Under the pieces are notes generated by a model. The model ran no database searches and was not told where the DNA came from. It saw only the letters and a program-made list of their open reading frames with translations. A stretch of 64,000 nucleotides of DNA, from positions 370,692 through 434,691 of the forward strand of contig NW_015167073.1 in NCBI RefSeq assembly GCF_001447785.1, given 5' to 3'. Numbering within the stretch: the stretch's first letter is position 1; each line of letters opens with the position of its first letter. Origin of the DNA: Gekko japonicus (Eukaryota). The translations under genes and the position numbers were made by a program. Of this stretch, positions 35,831 through 48,130 are shown piece after piece.

Positions 35831-36836
35831 AAGAACATAAGAACATAAGAGACGCCAATGTTGGATCAGGCCAAAGACCCATCCAGTCCAACACTCTGGG
35901 TCACACAGTGGCCAGAAATACCAGTGCCATCAGGAGGTCCACCAGTGGGGCCAGGACACTAGAAGACCTCCCACTGTTGACCCCCCCCAAGCACCAAGAA
36001 GACAGAGCATCACCTGCCCCAGAGCCCCTATCTATACCTTGTGGCTAATAGCCACTGATGGACCTCTGCTCCATATGCTTATCTAATTCCCTTTTGAAGC
36101 CGTTCATGCTTGTAGCCGCCACCACTTCCTGTGGCAGTGAATTCCATGCGTTAATCACTCTTTGGGTGAAGAAGTACTTCCTTTTATCCGTTCTAACCCG
36201 ACCGCTCAGCAATTTCATGGAGTGCCCACGAGTTCTTGTATTGTGAGAAAGGGAGAAAAGTACCTCTTTCTCTACCTGCTCTTTCCCATGCATAATCTTA
36301 TAAACCTCGATCATGTCACCCCTCAGTCGTCGTTTCTCCGAGCTAAAGAGCCCTAAGCGCTTTAACCTTTCCTCATAGGGAAAGTGTTCCAACCCTTTTA
36401 TCATTCGAGTTGCCCCTTTCTGCACTTTTTCCAAAGCTATAATATCCTTTCTGAGATATGGTGACCAGAACTGCACACAGTATTCCAAATGAGGTCGCAA
36501 CATTGATCTATATAGGGGCATTATGATATTGGCTGATCTTTTTTCAATACCCTTCCTAATATTCCCCAGCATAGCATTGGCCTTCTTTATTGCAGTCACA
36601 CACTGTCTCGACATTTTCAGTGAGTTATCTACTACAACTCCAAGTTCTCTCTCTTGATCAGTCTCTGCCAGTTCAGACCCCATCAACGTGTATTTATAGT
36701 TAGGATTTTTGGCTCCAATGTGCATCACCTTGCACTTGGCCACACTGAACCCCATTTGCCATGTTGACGCCCACTCGCCTATCCTTGACAGATCCCTTTG
36801 GAGTGCCTCACAATCCTCACTGGTTTTCACCACCCT
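35831..36836 (-). mobile_element. Young CR1 LINE, 5'-truncated (~1 kb)
   Basis: 262-aa open RT C-terminus (KCKVMHIG, PHLEYCVQFW, RRLRGDMIEVYK, WNSLP); (TTCTTATG)n tail. Confidence 0.93.
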
Positions 36837-37288
36837 GGGAGGGGTTGTGGGGATGTCTGTGTGGGGTGCCCCCCGACTTATTTAAAGGCCTCCCAAATTA
36901 AAAAAATCCTGGCTATGGGTCTGTTCAATCATGCAAAGCATCTGCTCTGCCACTCACCTGAGCCACTTGGAAAGGTACACCTTCAGCTGATTCTTCAAGC
37001 TGTTGCCAAGGATGGTAAATGCAACCTAAGCACTCTCTGCTAGAAAAAAGAGCTGCTCCGTCTCCCGGTGGCTTCTCATACTTAGTGGGAAAGATGCAAG
37101 GAGTGACTAAGCTAAAAAAGACGATGGCTTTCCTCCGCAGGGACTGCTCCAATCCCTTTGCTCCTTTCTTCTGGCTCATTAAGAGCCTTTCGTCAGTTAC
37201 TTAATTTTGTTTTCTTCAAATAAGAAATGATGAAATACAAATGGCCACCTTTGACTACGTGATGCGGGTATATAATTAGGGTTGTATG

Positions 37289-37707
37289 AGGGGGTCATTT
37301 CCTGCGGGAGCGCACAGGAGCGGAGCTCCGGCAGTAAAGAGCCCAGGTGGCAGGCACATGCAACAAGCCCCACCCCCTGCTCCCAGCAGCCCTCAGTCAG
37401 AGCAAGAAGCAGTCAGGTAAGTTACAGAGCCCCCCCCCCGGCCCCTCTGGTCCAAAATAGTCCAGTGGCACCTTTAAGACCAAGTTTTACTCGGGTACAA
37501 GCTCTCCCTCCTCTGCGAAGACAGATCTGCACATTCCCCCCCCCACAATAGCTAGCAATCCAAAACAGTCCAGTGTAGCCTGAGCAGTGGGTGTTGCCTT
37601 CTGACACACTTCTGGTGGTGTCATGGGGTGTGGCATATGCAAATAAGTTGTGCTAATGAGTTATGCTAATGAGCTCCTGCACCTCTTTTTCTACGAAATG
37701 ACCCCTG
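37289..37707. mobile_element. MITE family B2
   Basis: Similar along its length to 29171-29557. Confidence 0.85.
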
Positions 37708-37775
37708 CTTAACAAACCCTATGCTAGGCTTTGTTGGATGATCCTTTACCTGCAGGTGGAAAGTGTGCTCTTCTG

Positions 37776-38988
37776 GGCTTCCAGTCCGGCTTCCGCGAAT
37801 GGCGGACGCATCCTCGGGGTGCTCCCGCCCGCGGCCAAGGGGGGGATCCGTGCAAGCGGAGACCCGGACGAGCCCCAGAAGGGGCTCCGACTCGGGGCGC
37901 GCGAGGGGAGAAGCCTCTTTCTCGACCGAAAGGTCGGAAATTGAGGCTCCCCTCATGCCCTAATGAACCTCGCCGCGTTCGCGGCCCCGCACGGGGCTTA
38001 GCGGAGCCGCCAGACGCCACCTGAGTGATGAAGCGAAAAATTGATGAACTGAAAAGGAGTGGCTGAAACTGTGAGTTGTCAATCGATATAATGAAAAAAA
38101 AAGCTAAGCATGTTCCCCCCCCTAGCGAAAGAGGAGATACTCTAGTACTCCCGTTTAAAAGAGATTTTAAAGGAGAAAAGGGGGGGAGAGACTGAAAGTC
38201 GAGGAAGGTGGTGTCACCGGGCGATTGATTTGCTGAAAGAAAATGATGCTGATTTATCTTCCAAGTGCACCCTGTGAACTTTGATTAATGTAAACAAAAT
38301 GAAAAAGATGTCGGAGCTGAAATAAGAACTACGCAACAAGAAGGGCGGATCTTCCGGTTTGAGTGACTGTCTCTTGCGGGCTTGTTCCTGAAAAGCGAAA
38401 GCAGTGATGAAAAAGGAAAATGCCCTTAAAGCGGAGATGTGGATAAATGACCTAGCTATGTGAACGACAGCGTTTATTTTAAAGTCGAATGACAAAAAAA
38501 GAGAGAAAAAATCGTTCTGGAAGCTTGGGACTTTATCGGGAAGGCGGATCGGAAGTTGCAAAGTGACAAATGCATGCTGTGACCTGAAAGCAATGACCCG
38601 GAAGAGAAGCGGTGAAACGGAGAGGAGCGCGTAGAGGAGGACCTCCCCTGTCGTTTGGGAGAAGAAATCAGCCCGAAGATGGAAGAACTAATTCGCAGGG
38701 TGTCTGAAAAGCTTTTTACTAACAGTTTAACAGTTTAACAGTGGGACACTACTAATTCCTTCTTTTTTAACATTCGTTTTTTTTTCACCGTAACTGAGAT
38801 GATGAAAGACGATTGACCACCACAATGAAGCCAAAGAAGAATTTTTTAAATTAATATTAACAGACTAACAAATTAATGGAAACATCACTCGACCTTTTCT
38901 TTACCCCGCTATATACCCTCCCCTTTTTCTAATATAAAAAGCAATAAAGTTCTCTCCTTTTTAGGAGAGTTTATAAACGAAAAAAAAA
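37776..38988 (+). mobile_element. Non-coding ~1.2-kb L1-type retroposed element
   Basis: Perfect 17-bp TSD gaaagtgtgctcttctg (37759-37775, 38989-39005); CpG-rich 5' end with aatggcgg; AATAAA, hairpin, A-tail. Confidence 0.8.
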
Positions 38989-39751
38989 GAAAGTGTGCTC
39001 TTCTGCTCAGTGCTGGTTCCTCAACAACCTTCAAATATACTCCTTCTTCTGAGCTGTGGGTCACTACAACCTCACTTCTAGGACTACTTAAGTATCTCAG
39101 ACACTTGGCAGCATGCCGGCATTGCTTCTTTCAGTTTATTCAATCCATGCAATCCGGTAACAAACCCTGTGGGTCTACTGCAAAGGGGACTACTGTGATT
39201 GTTGTGGTGCTGTTGTTACTCAAATAGGCGGCCTCCTAATCAGTTGGGGGAATTAGCTTAAAGGAGACAGAGTGAGAGGAGGTAGCTGCGATTCTCCCCA
39301 AATGTTTCATGGGGATTTTTCCCTTAAGAGAACTCTCAAAATAAACCAGGTGAACGTTCAACTGGAAAGGGTGTTTTTTTTTATTGAAAGAAAATAAAAA
39401 TGACTGAAGACACATACAAGGATTGTATCTAGGGCTGCGGTCCCGCACACTAAATAATCCACTTTCAGTCCACTTTCCAATTGGATTTTACTGTGTGAAC
39501 TGGCAAAATCCAGTTGGAAAGTACATTGAAAGTGGATTGAAAGTGGATTGTTTAGTGTGCGTGACCGCAGCATAGCTGTATCTGAAGAAATGAGCAGAGG
39601 GTCACAAAGACTCACGAAACCCACAAATGATGTCTCTTTGAGGTGCTACAATTCACCTGAAGAAATAGACTGTACTCCATAAAACCTCATGCTAGAATAA
39701 TTTAGGGGGGGGTATTGTTGTGGCAGGGGAAATATTCCCTGGTCTTCCTGT

Positions 39752-40212
39752 AGAGCCAGTGTGGTGTAGTGGTTAAAGCGCTGGGTCAGGATCTGGGACA
39801 CCCAGGTCTGAATCCCCACTCTGCTCTGGAAACTTGGTGGGGGACCCTGCACCAGCCACCCACTCCAAACCAGGTAGAGTTGCCAGCCTCCAGTTGGGGC
39901 CTGGAGAGCCCCTGCTTTTACAACTGATCTCCAGCTGACGGAGCTCAGCTCTCCTGGAGAAAATGGCCACTTTGGAAGGTGGACTCCATGGTATTGTACC
40001 ATGCTGAGGTCCTTCCCCTCCCCAAACCCCACCCTCTCCTGGATCCACCCCCAAAGTCTCCAGGTATCTTCCAACCCAGGGCTGGTAACTCTAAAACCAG
40101 GCCTACCTTACAGAATTGTTGTGGGGATAAAATAGAAGAGAACAGAATGAGGGAAGCTACCTTGGGCCCCCACTGGGGAGAAAGGTGGGGTCTTAATTAA
40201 GTAAATAAATAA
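39752..40212 (+). mobile_element. Older Squam3-type SINE with (TAAA)n tail, carrying a family E MITE
   Basis: agagccagtgtggtgtagtggttaa head; resumes near 40094. Confidence 0.65.
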
Positions 40213-40349
40213 CAGCCCAGGGTGGTCTCCTTCAGTTGGTCATTGTCTCCAGTCCCTGGTGGACAACGTAGGGACTGGATTGTTCTGGATTAGGTAGGGT
40301 TACTGTGTCACTTTTGTGGTATAGTCCAAGCTGTGTAGGTAGGCCTCAA

Positions 40350-41398
40350 TACTGGCTGCCGATAGCATAACCAAATTTGCTTCAAGGTGTTGGTTCTCAC
40401 CTTTAAAGCCTTTTATGGTCAGGGACTGATATACCTGAGGGACCGCCTTTCCCCATATGTTCCCCAGAGAGCACTGCGGTCAGGGTCCCAAAATCGTCTG
40501 GCCCTCCTGGGTCCCAAGGACGCCAGGCTGGCTACAACCAGGGTCAGGTCCTCCTTGGTGGTGGCTCCATACTGGTGGAATGAGGTCCCAGAAGAGATCA
40601 GGGCCCTGTGGGACCTTCTCAGAGGTCATTTCAGGGGGGATCACAGTTCCCCCGGGTGAGGTACGGGGGACGGGGCACATGACGAAGCCCCGCCCCCTGC
40701 TTCCGGCCACCCCGCTTCCGGCCCTCATTCAGCCAGGAGGAGGCAGGAGAAGAGGGAGGGTAAGTTGCTTCCTCCCTGCCTCTCCCCACCCCTGCCTGCC
40801 TGGGGCCAGGGAGGGCCTTTGTGGGGCTTCCTTGCACTCCCGCCGGCCTTGCAGCTTCACTGGGCGGCGGCAGCCAGGACCATTGGGGGCGGGGTGTGTG
40901 GCCTTATGACACACTTCTGGTGATGTCAGGGGGTGTGGCTTTATGACACACTTCCGGTGATGTCAGGGGGTGTGGCATATGCTAATGAGTTATGCTAATG
41001 AGTTCCCCTAGCTCTTTTTCTACGAAACGACCCCTGGTCCTTCTACAGTTCCACAGGGCCTGTAAGACAGAGCTCTTCCACCGGGCCTTCAATTAAGGAG
41101 CTGCCGCCAACAACAACTGGAAGCCCCGTCCCCTGGTTTTGCCACCTACAGCTTGTTTCTGCCAAATATATAAGGAATGATCAATGAGCTGACTATCTAG
41201 ACAGGCCATCGAATGCATTCATAGGATTGCTACCGCCATCGTTAAGCAATTGTATTAATATAGATACTGCTAGCACTTTATGAGATTGAATGGTTTTATA
41301 ACCTGAATTGTTTTAGACAGTTTTATGTTTGTCCCAATTGTTATTTATGTGTTTTATCTCTCCTGTAAGCCGCCCTGAGCCTGCCTTGGTTGGGAGGG
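40350..41398 (+). mobile_element. L2-type LINE 3' fragment interrupted by MITE B1 (40620-41036)
   Basis: FKVLVLTFKAFYGQG..YLRDRL...VVAPYWWNEVP; MITE TSD g(a/t)ccttct. Confidence 0.8.
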
Positions 41399-41570
41399 NN
41401 NNNNNNNNNNNNNNNNNNNNNNNNNNNNNNNNNNNNNNNNNNNNNNNNNNNNNNNNNNNNNNNNNNNNNNNNNNNNNNNNNNNNNNNNNNNNNNNNNNNN
41501 NNNNNNNNNNNNNNNNNNNNNNNNNNNNNNNNNNNNNNNNNNNNNNNNNNNNNNNNNNNNNNNNNNNNNN

Positions 41571-41809
41571 GCTTCACTCAGAGCAGCTCACAAACTCCTT
41601 TCTCTTCCCCTCCCCACAACAGACACCCTGTGAGGTAGGTGGGGCTGAGAGAGCTCTGAGAGAAACTGCTCTTTTTTCAAGAACAGCTCTTATCAGAACT
41701 GTGGCTTGCCCAAGGTCATCCAGCAGCTGCAAGTGGAGGAGTGGGGAATCAAACCCGGTTCTCCTAGATTAGAGTCCACACACTTAACCACTACACCAAA
41801 CTGGCTCTC
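41571..41809 (-). mobile_element. Squam3-type SINE
   Basis: Same family; tail runs into the gap. Confidence 0.85.
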
Positions 41810-42627
41810 AGTTTGATCACAATATTCAGAAGTAGGGAACCACCCCTTCCAGATGTCTCCAACATCAGAGGGGCAGGTGAGTTAGCCTCTTTGCTTTCTC
41901 ACAGATCATGGAATGAATTGTGACTCTTCCTCCTCCCTTTCATCCATGCTCATTGAGTATAGAAGGAGAAAATTTCCACCTCAGTTACCTGCCCTGCCTC
42001 CCAATAAACAAAGTGCAGAAATCTATGCAGGCTCCAAAACAGCCGCCCAGTGTTATTGAGAGAAGCAATTCTCATAAGGGCTCAGGGCCCTGCCACACTA
42101 CCTGACAACTTCTCTCCAAATGGTAGGGTTTCACCTCTGGGTTTGAAACTTCCAGGAGATTTGGGGACACAGTCTGTGAAGGGCAGGGTTTAAGGAGGTG
42201 AAGGACCTCATCAGGGAACGATGCTGTAGAGTCCACCCTCCAAAGCAGCCATTTTCTCCAGGGGAACTGACCTCTAGTGTCTGTACATCAGCTGTAATAT
42301 CAGAAGATCTCCAGGCCCTGCCTGGAGGTTGGCAACCCTATGAATTGACAATGTGCCCTTTTTGGCTCTGGTATGGTGGTTTTCCTGCCTACCTTCTGGT
42401 GCTGTTACCTTCAAATTGGCCCAACCCCATTCCAAGTTGGTGCTGAATGGAGATGATTAGCTTGGTACCCTTGGGACAAGAAATTTGTTTCTACTGAGTC
42501 TTATTGAGTTCTGTTTAACCCAATGTTCTGAGTTTGAATGTCAGCAGGACTCCAAAGCCCCATCCTCTCTTATCTAAGATACTTCAAGCGGACATACTAG
42601 TTACCTCATACATGAAAAGCAGGAGAG

Positions 42628-42826
42628 GAGGGGCCAGTAGCTCAGAGAATCTGGTTGGCATGCAGAAGGTCCCTGGTTCAGTCCCCATCATTTCCAGTTA
42701 AAATGTCCAGGTGATGTGAAAGACTTCTACCTGAGACCTTGGAGAGCCCCGGCCAGTCTGAGTAGATAATACTGACTCTGAGGGACCAATGGTCTGACTC
42801 AGTATAAGGCAGCTTCATGTGTTCAT
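42628..42826 (+). mobile_element. tRNA-derived SINE (CR1-like tail); partial copy at ~47850-47940
   Basis: gggccagtagctcag...ggttcagtccc; tail cttcatgtgttcatg. Confidence 0.7.
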
Positions 42827-43239
42827 GAATACTATCTCTCCTTATATATAATTGAATAGTGGGTGCCAAAGTTCTAATTCTAAAATGCACTCCCTTAGTG
42901 TATGGCTGATGGCACTGCTCCTCAGCATATATCGCCACCAATCAGAAGGCAAAGCCCGGGTCCCGCCCACACCACAACTGCTGCGACAACCTGGTCTTTT
43001 GCATATGGAAGCTGATTGGACTTCACTCCATTCCACACCTCAAACTCCCCCCCCCCCGCAAGGCAGTTGGAATGTCAGTTGCATATGGAACCTGCTGTAT
43101 TCTGGTGGTGTGCAGGTCCCAGGTTCATGTTTTAAAAGCAGACTGACACTGTTTGCCCCAAACCAGAGCACTCTCCCAGAGCCTCTTTCTAGCTCTCGTT
43201 GTATTTATTTCCACAACGGGCCTTATTTCTAGTCCCCGA

Positions 43240-43562
43240 TATATACGGTAATTCCACAACATTAAGAGGTCCTCTTCCAGCCAATTTGTGAAGACCTCTA
43301 CAGTGATAACCAACATAACTTGGCTTCTGCATCTGCCTGACTATTCTCCATATTAGAAGGCTTGACAGTGTGTTGATTTTTCCCCCGTTTGAGATGTAAA
43401 AGGCTGCAGATTTCAGCAAGATAATTTAAAAAGTGCCTCTGCTCCACAAAAATTGCTCTGATTCCCTTGGCATTTTTTTAACTGGATCATTAATATTTGT
43501 TGTTTGTTATTTCAGCCTCTTGGGTCTTCAACACTGAACGTAGCAATATGAGGGAAATGTAC
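43240..43562 (-). promoter_or_regulatory. Candidate OR promoter module, copy P3 (upstream of OR-3)
   Basis: ~300 bp collinear with 53825-54130, including an identical 23-mer gttatttcagcctcttgggtctt; TAATGA at 43487-43492; O/E-like ttcccttgg and cctcttggg. Confidence 0.6.
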
Positions 43563-43889
43563 CTGAACTTGGGGGTCGGAGGAATCCATACAGGGTAGAT
43601 TGCCAAGCCCTTGATTCTGATTTGATTTGATTGATTTGATTTATATCTCGCCCTCTGTTTCCATAACACAGCTTTTCCATTCACTTTGCAATTTCTTGAC
43701 AAATGAGAACAACAGGAGAGTATTTAATGTTTTAAAATGTTTATTTAATCTTCCCTCCCAGGAGTTGAGAACAGTGCTGCAGAGCCCAGTCTATCTCTGT
43801 TCAGTCTGAAATAAGTCCCACTGAGTTCAGTGACCCTTACTCCCAAGTAACTGAGCATACCACCGCAACCATAGTCAGATAAGAACCAC

Positions 43890-44290
43890 CAGGGCTCTTT
43901 TTGTAGAAAAAGCCCAGCAGGAACTCATTAGCATAATAGGCCACACCCAACAGCAGAAACTCATTAGCACATTAGGCCACACCCCCTGACAGCAAAGCTC
44001 ATTAGCACATTAGGGCACACCCCCATGTTACCAGAAGTGTGGTTACCCAGCCACACCCACCTTTTGCTTGTTATTCTGTTTACCTTGTTTGTTGTCAAAA
44101 CCCAGGGCTTTTTTTTGTAGCAGGAACTCCTTTGCATGTTAGGCCACACACCCCTAATGTAGCCAATCCGAATGAGTTTCTGCTGTTGGGTATGGCCTAT
44201 TATGCTAATGAGCTCCTGCTGGGCGTGGCCAACTTGGGAGCCAGCCGGAAGTCCGTTCCTGTGCAACATTCCTGCCCAAAAATAACCCTG
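43890..44290. mobile_element. MITE family C
   Basis: Copy of 24261-24653. Confidence 0.8.
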
Positions 44291-44676
44291 AAAACCACAC
44301 AAGAATTCCATGGATGGAGGAAATGTTAGTTCAGAGGAAAATCATTCCTCCTTCCCATGCAACCCTTCAAGTGGCTTTCCCACCTCCGTTTGTTGAAAAC
44401 CAGGAGAACCAGATATGGATCATGATGTACCCTATCCAGCTGGACCCTTTATCTTGATGGATAAACAAGAGCAGTGCCACTGTAACAACTTGCAGTAAAC
44501 ATTTAAATAAATCTAATCGAGCACAACCATAAATCATTTTAAAGTCTGTTTATATATAATGTGATTTTTTAAATATATAGCAAATAACAGAATCGTGTAA
44601 CAAATCAAATATTTATATCCGCAAACATCAGTGTAGAACATTCCAGACAAGATGGGTTCCAATGACAAAATCAAAA

Positions 44677-44955
44677 AGAAGAAGAAGAAGAGAAGAGATT
44701 GGATTTATATCCCGCCCTTCACCTGGAGTCTCAGAGTGGCTTACAAACTCCTTTCCCTTCCCCTCCCAACAACAGACACCCTGTGAGGCAGGTGGGGCTG
44801 AGAGAGCTCTTTCAAGAACTGCCCTTTCAAGGACAGCTGTCAGAACTATGGCTTGCCCAAGGTCATGCAGCCAGGTGCAAGTGGAGGAGTGGGAAATCAA
44901 ACCCAGTTCTCCCAGATTACAGTCTGTACACTTAACCACTACACCAAACTGACTC
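44677..44955 (-). mobile_element. Squam3-type SINE
   Basis: Same family. Confidence 0.85.
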
Positions 44956-45330
44956 TCTTTTATTCTTTTAGCACAAATTGTTACAGTGGTACTGTTCTTG
45001 TTTATACATTTGTATTATACATGGTAATCCTCCTAGTGGGTGAACCCTTTATCTCTACATTTCCTTGTTTCTCCAGTAAAAAAGACTGCGGATCTTTTCT
45101 TTTTATTGATCGCCATAATGATGAGAGCTAGAAACTTGCTTGTTTTCAGTAATCTGTTTAGATACTCAGAATGCCCAGTTCTCCACCGATTGAAAGATAC
45201 TGCTGTTGTGGAACAGATATACACTGAGCCCTCCAACCCTATAGTTGCAAGACAAAACCTTGGAAGTGGAATTTAAATTTCTTGTGTTACTTTTCACTGT
45301 ACCTTGCTTGTTGCAAAATAATAAGTCTGG

Positions 45331-45488
45331 TTCCGTGCGCCTTGGTGTTTAGTCATGCCGGCCACATGACCACGGAAACGTCTTCGGACAGCGCTGGCTC
45401 TTCGGCTTTGAAACGGAGATGAGCACCGCAACCCTAGAGTCGGATTCGACTGGCTTTCGAGCAAGGGAACCTTTACCTTTACCTTTAC
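45331..45488 (+). mobile_element. Sauria SINE 3' part
   Basis: (ACCTTT)3 tail. Confidence 0.85.
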
Positions 45489-45881
45489 CATAACTGAAGG
45501 CCTGATCACACACACAAAACCTCTTCACTGCCTACATCATCCTTCCACCTGATTGTCACAACAGGCTTCCACAACACTCCATTCTGTTGCTAATATTTAT
45601 TTACTACAGAGACTTGGGCTGTGGTCACACACACTAAATAACCCACTGTCAATCAACTTTCAGTCTACTTTCCAACTGGATTTTGCCAGTTCGAAGCAGT
45701 GAAATCCAGTTGGAAAGTGCACTGAAAGTGGATTGAAAGTGGATTATTTAGCGTGTGTGACCTCAGCCTTTGTCTCCTGCATCCAAACGCAACACTACGA
45801 TCACTCAAGCTAAGCAACCATAGTTGGCAACTGGCAACTGTAGTGCAATACAGGGAAACCCTTTTAGGAAGATGTCAATAC

Positions 45882-46829
45882 TCAGATTTTCGGCTCTAAA
45901 TGATGTCTTCGCAGCACTTTGGCCGCTGCCCCGTGGACATCCTTGTTCCGCAGGGTATAAATGACAGGGTTGAGCAGAGGGGTGACCACCGTGTAAAACA
46001 CAGCAATCCGTTTATCATGATTGGAAGGGGGGTTTGACCGGGGAATTAAGTACATAGAAATGACAGTGCCATAGAACACAGTCACAACAACAAGGTGGGA
46101 AGCACACGTGGAGAAGGCTTTGCGCTGACTGGTGGTTGATCGCATTTTTACCACCGAAAACAGTATGAACCCGTAGGAAGTCAGGACGACAAAGACAGGA
46201 ATCACAAGGACAACAGCCGCCATGATGAAAACAATGGCCTGTGAAACACGAGTGTCATCACAGGCGAGTTTCAGCACCACCGGCATCTCACATATGAAGT
46301 GGTTGATGTGGTTAGAGCCGCAGTAGGAGTGGCGAAAAGTCACGCACACATATATCATGCTAAAAAGGATGCCCGCTGTCCAACAAGCACAGGCAAGTTG
46401 CCACTGGCGATACTTGCTCATGGCGACGGCATACGTCAGGGGATGGAAGATGGCCAAAAACCGGTCATAGGCCATGACGCCCAGCAGAAAGCATTCTGCA
46501 GTGCCCATGATCAATACAGCAAACACCTGGAGTGCACAGCCAGTGAAGGATATGATTCCATTCCCTGCCAGGAGGTGAGCCATCATCTGTGGCTCCGTGC
46601 TGGTAGCATAGCAGATCTCTATGGTTGATAGGTTCATGAGGAAGAAGTACATGGGCGTATGGAGGCGAGAGTCAGACTGGACGAGCAAGATGACCGCAGC
46701 ATTCCCCGCTACGGTGAGTAAATATGTCAGAAGGATGACCCCAAAGAGTAGAAACTGTGTCTTGCGGTGGTTGGACAATCCCTCCAAGACGAACTCTGTG
46801 GCAGAGGTGGAATTCTCAGCCCCCATCAT
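45882..46829 (-). CDS. Olfactory receptor, class II, OR2D-like (OR-4), 315 aa (314 from the second Met)
   Basis: MMGAENST, LHTPMYFFL, MAYDRFLAIFHPL, HFICEMP..KLAC, KAFSTCASHL, PLLNPVIYTLRNKD; acceptor ccctctctttgcAG at 46840-46841. Confidence 0.95.
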   Translation of the reverse strand: MMGAENSTSATEFVLEGLSNHRKTQFLLFGVILLTYLLTVAGNAAVILLVQSDSRLHTPMYFFLMNLSTIEICYATSTEPQMMAHLLAGNGIISFTGCALQVFAVLIMGTAECFLLGVMAYDRFLAIFHPLTYAVAMSKYRQWQLACACWTAGILFSMIYVCVTFRHSYCGSNHINHFICEMPVVLKLACDDTRVSQAIVFIMAAVVLVIPVFVVLTSYGFILFSVVKMRSTTSQRKAFSTCASHLVVVTVFYGTVISMYLIPRSNPPSNHDKRIAVFYTVVTPLLNPVIYTLRNKDVHGAAAKVLRRHHLEPKI

Positions 46830-46867
46830 GTTATCCTGTCTGCAAAGAGAGGGCAACTGTAACACAA

Positions 46868-47402
46868 GAAGAAGAAGAGGAAGAAGAGGAGGAGGAGGAG
46901 GAGATTGAGATTGGATTTATACCCCGCCCTTCACTACCCAAAGGTGTCTCAGAGTGGCTTACAAACTCCTTTCCCTTCCCCTCCCCACAACAGACACCCT
47001 GTGAGATAGAAGAAGAAGAAGAGATTGGATTTATCCCCCGCCCTTCACTACCCAAAAGAGTCTCAGAGCGGCTTACAAACTCCTTTCCCTTCCCCTCCTC
47101 ACAACAGACACCCTGTGAGGTAGAAGAAGAAGAGATTGGATATATACCCCGCCCTTCACTACCCAAAGGTGTCTCAGAGCGGCTTACAAACTCCTTTCCC
47201 TTCCCCTCCCCACAACAGACACTCTGTGAGGTAGGCGGGGCTGAGAGAGCTCTTGACAGAAACGGCTCTTTTTCAAGGACAGCTCTTATCAGAGCTACGG
47301 CTTGCCCAAGGCCATCCAGCCAGGTGCAAGTGGAGGAGTGGGAAATCAAACCTGGTTCTCCCAGATTAGAGTCCGCACACTTAACCACTACACCAAACTG
47401 GC
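46868..47402 (-). mobile_element. Squam3-type SINE with three tandem 3' modules
   Basis: Same unit and junction as 27587-28256. Confidence 0.9.
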
Positions 47403-48130
47403 ACCAAACATGGTTATAATGCTTTTGGAGTTTTTTTTGCAAAGAACAATCCTAAAACAAATGATCCTTTCCTCTATGAAATAATGAAGCATCAAGGCAT
47501 CAAATGCAAGCCAAGGCATCAAAATCAGTCAACTTCAAATGCTTTATGGAAGCAATTGCAAGATATTCTGCTTCAGTCATGAGTGTTCATTCATCTGAAT
47601 AGACCACTTATGGTGATCCACTTTAACATTTCTTCACGTTATGCTCCATTACCCTTGAGAAGTTCTGCACTTTGACTCTGTGTAGTGGTCCCATTACACC
47701 ATGGTCAGCATTAGTAGTGGGTCATTGTTTCAACCATGGATGAGATTCTCTATATAAAGGGCAGCCATAGTTTGACTGAACCAGGTCGCCTGAAGCCCTA
47801 CTGGGAAGATTACAGCAAGAAGTATCAGGAAAACATCTGAGAATCATGACAGGCAACTGCCAGTCCAAATAGACAAAACTGAAATTGATGGACCAACGGT
47901 CTGATTCGGTATAAGGTAGTTGCATGTGTTTCTACTATGTTTCTCAAAACAACCTTGATTAGAACAAAAATAGCTCCAACCCCAGAATTCTGAACTGCTA
48001 TTTTCCATACCTCTTTTGGCAGCACAACATCCAACTTGCTTCAACCCCCTGTAAGGAAAAAGTATGGGTCCAGTCCCAATGAGCATTATTAAGAGGAATT
48101 TTCTTCGTTTCTTTTATCTAGTTTCTCCCT

